A DNA stretch of 10,349 bases from Planctomycetota bacterium (GTDB lineage: Bacteria > Planctomycetota > J058 > J103), in contig RFJN01000074.1 in assembly GCA_003694875.1 (NCBI GenBank), forward strand, positions 1 to 10,349, in the 5' to 3' direction. Made by a program: the position numbers and the translations under genes. Positions within the stretch are counted from its first letter, which is position 1. Every line of letters begins with the position of its first letter. A model generated the notes under the pieces. That model was given only the letters and a program-made list of their open reading frames with translations. It was not told the DNA's origin and did not search any database. Below are positions 1 through 5,435 of this stretch, one piece after another.

Positions 1-145
1 CGAGAAACGCGATCCGGACCCCCTCCTCCGGCACCTCCTCGATCTCGACGCGATCGGGGTCGGTGCCGAGGATCGTCGACCAGCGGCGCACGGCGTCGCG
101 CAGTCCACGCACCGCGATGCCGATGTGGTGCAGCGCTGCTGCCAT
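1..145 (-). CDS. Partial CDS; the N-terminus lies in the window and the gene continues past the left edge. Methylmalonyl-CoA epimerase / glyoxalase (VOC) family enzyme.
   Basis: Reverse complement of 1..145 starts at ATG (complement of 143..145) and reads MAAALHHIGIAVRGLRDAVRRWSTILGTDPDRVEIEEVPEEGVRIAFL. The 'HHIGIAV.DL..A..F' pattern followed by 'EV.E.GVR.AFL' is the typical N-terminal beta-alpha-beta-beta-beta module of methylmalonyl-CoA epimerases and glyoxalase-I-like proteins. Confidence 0.6.
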   Translation of the reverse strand, partial: MAAALHHIGIAVRGLRDAVRRWSTILGTDPDRVEIEEVPEEGVRIAFL

Positions 146-528
146 GGGCTCCCTCCCCGTTCCGTCCCGTCCGCCCGTCGGGGAACGCGAGGCGCGATTG
201 TAGAACAGCCGGCGAGCCGCTGCCACCGCTCGCGCGGGGCCCGCTTCCGACCGGCCGAGCGTGGTCGATTCCGCCACCGTGGCGGCGCAACTCGACAGAA
301 ACGGCTCCGGGTGTGTCGCGGTGTGTGGGGGTGGAACATGTTGGAGCTAAACGAGTTGTATTGTTGGTGGGGCGCTTGGGAGATGGGCCTGCCCGTTGCG
401 TCCGACCCCGGTGCGCGCAGCGCGCGGTTGCGTGCCGCGGGCGGTCTGGCGTACGCTCGTTACAGCAGTTGACAGTGGCTGACAGTATCCTGGATCCCGT
501 CGGACGGTCGGTGCGAGGAGCGGCACAG
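146..528. promoter_or_regulatory. Divergent intergenic/promoter region between the - strand epimerase gene and the + strand cluster. It holds a locally AT-richer tract (about 330..370), a TTGACA hexamer (469..474) and two TGACAGT direct repeats spaced one helical turn apart (470..476 and 480..486).
   Basis: No convincing coding frame. The two ORFs listed here (125..472 +, 460..759 -) translate to Arg/Gly/Ala-rich low-complexity peptides. TTGACA matches the sigma70 -35 consensus, and the TGACAGT..TGACAGT direct repeat about 45 nt upstream of the proposed GTG start at 529 looks like an operator. No clean -10 hexamer at 17 bp spacing was found. Confidence 0.3.
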
Positions 529-1929
529 GTGCGTGAGCGGCTGAAGGCGCTGGGGGCGCGGCTGCGCGACGAGGCGCAGCGGCTGTTGGACTACCGCGAG
601 ATCGAGGCGCGCTCGAAGGAACTCGGCTGCCCGGTGACCGAGCGCACCCTGCGGTTCTACGTGAGCGAGGGCGTGCTGCCGCCGCCGCACGCGCGCCGCG
701 GCGGCCGTACCCCCGTCTACGAGGAGCAGTGGATCCTCGGGGCGCTGCTCGCGATCCACATCATGCGCGAGCGCTTCGGTCGCTCGCTCGCCGAGATCCG
801 GGAGGTGCTGCGGCGGCTGACCGACGAGCCGGCACTGCTCGCCGAGAAGCTGCAGGCGCTACACGACGCGACCCACGATCCGGGCGAGCCGGGCGGTGCG
901 GGGCCGCTCGCGGACGTGGCGCTCACCCGCGAGCAGGCCCGCCGTGCGATCGACACCTTCTTCTCCCGCCTCGTCGGGGCGGACGGCAGCCGGCCGCTGC
1001 AGCCGAGCGAGATCTCGGTGCTCGATCTCGTCACCGAGATCGCGAACCCGCCCGAGCAGCGGGTGGCCGCCCTGCCGATCGAGCCCGCCGCCGTGCTCGC
1101 CCCCGACACGCTGCCCGAGGGGGCGGTGCCGCTCGAGCGGGCGCGTGCGCTCGAGGATCTGTTCATAGGCCGCTTCGAGGATCGGCTCGGCGAGGCGCGT
1201 CGGATCGTGCACCCCGAGGACGGCGGCGCGATCGCGGCGGGCCCGCGCGACCGGGTGGAGCAGAAGACGCTGCGCTTCGACGAGGTGGTCGATCTCATGA
1301 AGCGCCACCGCGTCTACGATCGGGCGCTGCTGCGCGCCATGCCGCTCGATGTCGCGCTGATCTACCGCTACATGTCGCGCTCGCTGTTCGGCCGCCGCGA
1401 GCCGCGGCTCGTGCTCGCGGCCTGCAGCGTCTCGCCGCTCGAGGAGCTCGTGACCCGGCGGTACGCGACGCGGCGAGCCGGTGCGGCCGAGCTCGAGCGC
1501 GCGCTCGAGCTCGTGCGTCCGTCGCCGGGCGCGCTGCACGCGGTGGGGGTGCTGTCCACCACCGGCTGGGAGCCTGGTACCGAGCACCAGCTGCCGGACA
1601 ACGCCGATCTGCTCGTCGCGCTCGTGAGCTTCGAGGGGGGCACGCGCTGGCGGCTGCAGCACAGCGGCGACGCGCGCTGGGCGCTGCTCGCGCCGTGGTT
1701 CGATCCCGAGACCGAGCGCGAGAAGATCGACCGGGCGCGCGCGGCGATCGCCGCCCACCCGCAGCTCGCGCTGCGCGGCGGGCACGTCGTGCTCGCGCAC
1801 CTCGTGGAGGAACTCGCCATGGACCCGCGGCTCGTCATGCGCGCGGTCGGAGAGCTGCTCGAGGCCGACCGGGAGCTGGCGCTTCTCGAGGTCGGGGGGC
1901 GTCAGATCATCAAGCGAAAACGGTTGTAG
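529..1929 (+). CDS. MerR-family HTH protein, about 466 aa, with a long C-terminal region of unknown function. It is the first gene of the co-directional cluster.
   Basis: Frame of track ORF 313..1929. The GTG at 529 has GAGGAG (515..520) 8 nt upstream; an alternative GTG lies at 511. The N-terminal region 'LDYREIEARSKELGCPVTERTLRFYVSEGVLPPPHARRGGRTPVYEEQWILGALLAIHIMRERFGRSLAEIREVL' matches the MerR HTH signature (T.RTLRfYe..GLLpP, then the wing, then the second helix pair). The remaining 380 aa or so show no motif I recognise. Stop TAG at 1927..1929. Confidence 0.55.
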   Translation: MRERLKALGARLRDEAQRLLDYREIEARSKELGCPVTERTLRFYVSEGVLPPPHARRGGRTPVYEEQWILGALLAIHIMRERFGRSLAEIREVLRRLTDEPALLAEKLQALHDATHDPGEPGGAGPLADVALTREQARRAIDTFFSRLVGADGSRPLQPSEISVLDLVTEIANPPEQRVAALPIEPAAVLAPDTLPEGAVPLERARALEDLFIGRFEDRLGEARRIVHPEDGGAIAAGPRDRVEQKTLRFDEVVDLMKRHRVYDRALLRAMPLDVALIYRYMSRSLFGRREPRLVLAACSVSPLEELVTRRYATRRAGAAELERALELVRPSPGALHAVGVLSTTGWEPGTEHQLPDNADLLVALVSFEGGTRWRLQHSGDARWALLAPWFDPETEREKIDRARAAIAAHPQLALRGGHVVLAHLVEELAMDPRLVMRAVGELLEADRELALLEVGGRQIIKRKRL

Positions 1930-1962
1930 TCGCGGGCGGGAGCGTAGGGAGGCAGCGCGGGC

Positions 1963-2718
1963 GTGTCCCTTCTCGAGAGAATCCAGAGGCTGTTCAGCCG
2001 GCCGGAGCTGCCCGAGCAGACGCGGCAGCTGTTCTCGCGCGCGCGCTCGACGCGCGAGCTGCTCGCGGGGCTCGACGAGCTGCTCACGCGCAACGAGATC
2101 GAGCTCGGCGAGATCGATCGCGAGATCGAGCGGCTCGAGCGCGCCGAGCGCCACGAGGCCGAGCGGGTGCGCTCGGGAGAGGTGCAGGGGCGCAACAGGC
2201 GCAACACGCTGTACCGGATCCAGCGGCTGCGCAAGCAGATGGATCTGTGCGAGGGCAGGGCGCGGATCTACCGGCACAACATCGAGCTGCACATGCGGCT
2301 GATCGACCGCATCCAGCAGCTCGAGGCCATGGCGCTGCGCGGGGTCGGGGAGGCCGAGATCGAGCAGATCGCGCTGCGCTTCGACGAGGAGCGCGAGAAG
2401 TTCGAGGAGACGGTGCACGCCGGTGCGGCGCTGACCGGCGAGACGCCGCTCGGTGCGAGCCGCGAGGAGCGCGAGCTCGCCGCGCTCGAGCGCGAGATCC
2501 TCGGCGAGAGCCGCCCGGCCGAGGCCCCGGAAGGCGAGCTGTCGGTCGAGCCCACGGGGGAGCCCGCGATCGAGGCGAACGTGCAGCCGCTTCCGCCCGC
2601 GGGCTTCGAGACGGTGGTGCCGCCGATCGAGCGCGCGCCCGAGCCGGGGATCGAGGCGGAGGGCGAGGCGGGTTCGGAGGCGGCCGAGCCGCGCACGCGA
2701 CGGCTCGAGCTGGAGTGA
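1963..2718 (+). CDS. ESCRT-III/Snf7-superfamily-like coiled-coil protein, 251 aa, with an acidic Glu/Pro/Ala-rich C-terminal tail.
   Basis: GTG start at 1963 with GGGAGG about 10 nt upstream; stop TGA at 2716..2718. It has an N-terminal amphipathic segment (MSLLERIQRLFSRPELP), long heptad-like helices (ELLAGLDELLTRNEIELGEIDREIERLERAERHEAERV ... LYRIQRLRKQMDL ... HNIELHMRLIDRIQQLEAMAL), then a low-complexity acidic tail. That is the Snf7/CHMP architecture, it is 33 nt downstream of the previous gene, and it sits next to two clearer Snf7-like genes and a Vps4-like ATPase. This is the weakest call of the three paralogues. Confidence 0.5.
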   Translation: MSLLERIQRLFSRPELPEQTRQLFSRARSTRELLAGLDELLTRNEIELGEIDREIERLERAERHEAERVRSGEVQGRNRRNTLYRIQRLRKQMDLCEGRARIYRHNIELHMRLIDRIQQLEAMALRGVGEAEIEQIALRFDEEREKFEETVHAGAALTGETPLGASREERELAALEREILGESRPAEAPEGELSVEPTGEPAIEANVQPLPPAGFETVVPPIERAPEPGIEAEGEAGSEAAEPRTRRLELE

Positions 2719-2727
2719 GGAGGGGGC

Positions 2728-3366
2728 ATGTCCATCAAGGCGATCTTCGAGCAGATCTTCGGCCGCAAGAAGCAGGTCACCAGCCGCGATCTCAAGGTGG
2801 CGCTGCTCGGGCTCAAGCGCCAGGCGCGCAAGAAGCAGCTCGCGCTGCGCAAGCTCGAGAGCAAGCGCAACGAGCTGATCGACCGCATCAAGCGCGCGCG
2901 CCGCGACGGGCGCTCGCTCGAGGTCGATGTGCTGTGGGAGGAGCTGCGCCAGGTGCGCATCGACGGGGCGTACGCGCGGCGCGAGGCGCGCGTGCTGTCG
3001 CTCGAGATGGTGGGGCTCACCCGTTATCTGCGCGGGATCGAGCGGCTCGAGCGCAGCGGGCGCTCGACCGAGATCCGCACGCTGATCGAGCGCGTGCGCA
3101 GCTCGGGGCTCGACGAGAAGCTGCGCGGCCAGGAGGTCGACGAGGCGGCGTATCTCGACGAGCTCAACGCGACGCTCGAGGAGGTGGGGCTCGAGATCGA
3201 GGCGTTCGAGGCCGAGGAGATCGACCCGGAGAAGGCGCGCTTCCTCGAGCAGATCGACGCGATCAACGCCGCCGAGAGCGAGGGCAAGATCGACGAGGCG
3301 GTGGCGCGCGAGGAGCAGCTCGCGCAGCAGCTCGAGGCGGAACCGCTCGCGGAGTCGGATCTGTGA
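2728..3366 (+). CDS. ESCRT-III/Snf7-like protein, 212 aa.
   Basis: ATG at 2728 lies directly downstream of AGGAGG (2718..2723) and only 9 nt after the previous stop; stop TGA at 3364..3366. 'MSIKAIFEQIFGRKKQ' resembles the Snf7/CHMP N-termini (MSLFGKLFG.KK). A basic helical hairpin follows (LKRQARKKQLALRKLESKRNELIDRIKRARRDGR ... LWEELRQVRIDGAYARREARVLSLEMVGL). The C-terminal region is acidic (DEAAYLDELNATLEEVGLEIEAFEAEEIDPEKARFLEQIDAINAAE) and ends in a short helix (EEQLAQQLEAEPLAESDL) that is MIM-like. Confidence 0.7.
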   Translation: MSIKAIFEQIFGRKKQVTSRDLKVALLGLKRQARKKQLALRKLESKRNELIDRIKRARRDGRSLEVDVLWEELRQVRIDGAYARREARVLSLEMVGLTRYLRGIERLERSGRSTEIRTLIERVRSSGLDEKLRGQEVDEAAYLDELNATLEEVGLEIEAFEAEEIDPEKARFLEQIDAINAAESEGKIDEAVAREEQLAQQLEAEPLAESDL

Positions 3367-3402
3367 GCGGCGACCGCGTCCGCGCACACGAGGGAGGCTA
3401 GC

Positions 3403-4659
3403 GTGGTCGATCTCAGTGCCAGCTTGCGCAAGGCTCTTCTCGACACGCTCGAGCGCGCGCGCACCCGCTACTACGCCGGCGAGGACAGCAAGGCGGCGGC
3501 CGACTACGAGCACGCCTCGCGGCTCGCGCTGCAGCTCGCCGAGAGCGCGCCGGACCGGCGCACCGAGATCAAGTACAAGCGCGACGCGCTGCGGTTTCGC
3601 GATGTGGCGCGCCGGATCGCGCGCGGCGACGTGCCGCCGGTGGGCGAGCGCGGCCGGCCGCGCGAGGAGCGCGGCGGCGCGAAGCCGGCCGGTGCGGCCG
3701 GGATCGAGAAGCAGGCCGGGGCGCGCGAGGAGGACGACGGGCTGTCGGCGGCCGTCTCCTCGCTCGTCACCGTCTCGAACGTGACGTGGAACGAGATCGG
3801 GGGGCTCGAGGAGACCAAGCGCGAGATCAAGTACGCGCTCGCGCTCTCGATGGCGGCCGCGCCCGAGGGGCTGCGCGTCACCCGCTTCCGCAACATGATG
3901 TTCTACGGGCCGCCCGGCACCGGAAAGACGCTGCTCGCCGCCGCGACGTCGAATGCGCTGCGCCGCAGCGCGCAGGAGCAGGCGCGCGCGGTGTTCTACA
4001 ACGTCAAGGTGAGTTCGCTGCTGTCGAAGTACTTCGGCGAGTCGCCGCGGCTCGTGAGCGAGCTGTACGGCCAGGCGCGCGACGCCTCGCCCGCGGTGGT
4101 GTTCCTCGACGAGTTCGACGCGCTCGCGGGCTCGCGCGACCGCGACGACACCGGCGCCGAACGCCGGATCCTCAGCACGATCCTCGCCGAGCTCGACGGG
4201 CTGTCGGAGAAGGGGCGCGAGGACGTCTACGTGCTCACGATCGCGGCGACCAACCGCCCCTGGGACCTCGACGAGGCGGTGCTGAGCCGCTTCGACAAGA
4301 AGATCCTCATCCCGCTGCCCGATCCCGACACGCGCGCGGCGATCCTGCGCATCCACATCCTCGATCGCGGCTTCGAGACGCGTGTGCCGATGGAGCAGCT
4401 CGTGGCGCTGACCGAGGGCTACAGCGGGCGCGAGATCGAGCGGTTCGCCAAGGAGGTGCAGAACCGCATGATCCAGGAGATGAACCCCGGGCTGATCGAG
4501 CGGCTCGACCGCGGTCTCGAGGCGGTGCGCGACTATCGCATCGCGGTGCGCGAGCTCGAGTGGCGCGACTTCGAGCAGGCGGCGGCGCGCATCACCCCGC
4601 AGACGTCGCCGCAGGAGATGGAACAGTTCGTGCGCTGGCAGGCATCCATGTCGGTGTAG
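3403..4659 (+). CDS. Vps4/CdvC-like AAA+ ATPase, 418 aa, with an N-terminal MIT-like three-helix domain. It belongs to the meiotic-clade AAA group (Vps4/spastin/katanin).
   Basis: GTG at 3403 with GGGAGG (3392..3397) 5 nt upstream; stop TAG at 4657..4659. N-terminus: LRKALLDTLERARTRYYAGEDSKAAADYEHASRLALQLAESAPDRRTEIKYKRDALRFRDVARRIARG, a MIT-like three-helix bundle with the 'Y..A..Y..A...L' pattern. A Pro/Gly/Ala-rich linker follows. AAA cassette: 'VTWNEIGGLEETKREIKYAL' (compare Vps4 'VKWEDVAGLEGAKEALKEAV'), Walker A 'FYGPPGTGKTLLA', pore loop 'SKYFGES', Walker B 'VVFLDEFDAL', 'TIAATNRPWDLDEAVLSRFDKKILIPLPD' (compare Vps4 '[26 protein letters not shown]'). The C-terminal helix 'LEWRDFEQAAARITPQTSPQEMEQFVRWQ' resembles the Vps4_C helix ('[29 protein letters not shown]'). 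Confidence 0.85.
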   Translation: MVDLSASLRKALLDTLERARTRYYAGEDSKAAADYEHASRLALQLAESAPDRRTEIKYKRDALRFRDVARRIARGDVPPVGERGRPREERGGAKPAGAAGIEKQAGAREEDDGLSAAVSSLVTVSNVTWNEIGGLEETKREIKYALALSMAAAPEGLRVTRFRNMMFYGPPGTGKTLLAAATSNALRRSAQEQARAVFYNVKVSSLLSKYFGESPRLVSELYGQARDASPAVVFLDEFDALAGSRDRDDTGAERRILSTILAELDGLSEKGREDVYVLTIAATNRPWDLDEAVLSRFDKKILIPLPDPDTRAAILRIHILDRGFETRVPMEQLVALTEGYSGREIERFAKEVQNRMIQEMNPGLIERLDRGLEAVRDYRIAVRELEWRDFEQAAARITPQTSPQEMEQFVRWQASMSV

Positions 4660-4683
4660 GGGCGAGGTTGCGAGGAGCGGAAC

Positions 4684-5280
4684 ATGGGGCTGTTCAAGAG
4701 CAAGGCCGAGCGAAAGCTCGAGCGCGACATGGAGATCCGCAAGGGGATCAACGCTTGCAAGCGCAGCATCCGGGAGCTGCAGCGCCACGAGCGCGACTAC
4801 ATCAAGAAGGCGCGGCGGGCCAAGGAGATCGGCGCGGAGGACCAGCTGCGCTTCCTCAAGAAGACGATCCGGCAGACCGCCGCGCAGCGGCGCGCGCTCG
4901 AGCGCCAGCTGCTCGCGATCGAGACGGCCGCGCAGCGCAAGAACCAGATGGAGATGCAGGGGCAGTTCGCGCGCTCGCTCGCCACGATCTCGAAGTCGAT
5001 CGCTGAGGTGTTCAACGACGTCAACTGGGTCGAGGTGCAGAAGAACTTCGAGAAGGCGATGCTGCAGGCCGAGACGTTCGAGGAGCAGGCCGAACTCTTT
5101 CTCGAGGCCTCGCAGCAGACCATGTTCACCGACAAGGCGTACGACGAGGAGCTGGTCAGCGACGACGAGATCGACCGCATGATCGAGGACCAGGCGGCGA
5201 AGGAGGAGTTGCGCGAGCTCGATCGCAAGATCGAGGCGGGGCTCGGCGAGATCGAGCGCGAGTTGAAACAGCGCGAGTGA
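4684..5280 (+). CDS. ESCRT-III/Snf7/CHMP-like protein, 198 aa, most similar in pattern to CHMP2/Vps2-type subunits.
   Basis: ATG at 4684 with GAGGAG (4672..4677) 6 nt upstream, 24 nt after the Vps4-like stop; stop TGA at 5278..5280. 'MGLFKSKAERKLERDMEIRKGINACKRSIRELQRHERDYIKKARRAKEIGAEDQLRFLKKTIRQ' parallels CHMP2A 'MDLLFGRRKTPEELLRQNQRALNRAMRELDRERQKLETQEKKIIADIKKMAKQGQMDAVRIMAKDLVR'. 'WVEVQKNFEKAMLQAETFEEQAELFLEASQQ' parallels 'LPQIQKIMMEFERQAEIMDMKEEMMNDAIDD'. The C-terminus is acidic (DEELVSDDEIDRMIEDQAAKEELRELDRKIE). Confidence 0.75.
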   Translation: MGLFKSKAERKLERDMEIRKGINACKRSIRELQRHERDYIKKARRAKEIGAEDQLRFLKKTIRQTAAQRRALERQLLAIETAAQRKNQMEMQGQFARSLATISKSIAEVFNDVNWVEVQKNFEKAMLQAETFEEQAELFLEASQQTMFTDKAYDEELVSDDEIDRMIEDQAAKEELRELDRKIEAGLGEIERELKQRE

Positions 5281-5311
5281 GGGCGGCGGCGGGGCCCGAG
5301 CATTGCGTGAT

Positions 5312-5347
5312 CGGCGGCAATGCCCGTCGCCATGCCGGTTGCCGCCG
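5312..5347 (+). terminator. Candidate stem-loop downstream of the ESCRT-like block: 9-bp perfect inverted repeat CGGCGGCAA / TTGCCGCCG with an 18-nt loop. No U-tract follows.
   Basis: Read directly from the sequence: cggcggcaa at 5312..5320 and ttgccgccg at 5339..5347. It lies 32 nt after the stop of the last Snf7-like gene, in the 155-bp spacer before the kinase gene. The loop is large and the T-run is absent, so an intrinsic-terminator role is uncertain. Confidence 0.2.
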
Positions 5348-5435
5348 CGATGCCGTGGTGCTACGGTGAGGTTGCGGCGATCGGGGGCTGCGGCGCCGTC
5401 GGGGCGCAGAGGTGTGCGAGCAGAGGTGTGAGGCC

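Noticed and set aside
415-430. GCGCGCAGCGCGCG palindrome
   Set aside because: It is built entirely from self-complementary GC dinucleotide runs. In DNA this GC-rich such palindromes arise by chance and carry little information.
125-472. 115-aa + strand ORF in the divergent intergenic region
   Set aside because: It starts by overlapping the epimerase start codon on the other strand. The translation is Arg/Gly-rich without motifs, and there is no SD. I treat 146..528 as non-coding regulatory DNA.
440-500. Possible sigma54 (-24 GG / -12 GC) promoter near TGGCTGACAGT
   Set aside because: TGGC is present but there is no TTGC(A/T) element at the required spacing, so this is not supported.
729-3401. 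890-aa + strand ORF in an alternative frame
   Set aside because: It is almost pure Arg/Ala/Gly (RGARR... repeats), the typical +1/+2 frame artefact of GC3-rich genes. It overlaps genes with real domain content.
859-4788. 1309-aa ORF on the - strand spanning the whole MerR/Snf7/Vps4 block
   Set aside because: The translation is Leu/Arg/Ala/Asp-rich low complexity with no motifs. It is antisense to four + strand genes that have clear domain signatures and RBSs. Long stop-free antisense frames are expected at this GC content.
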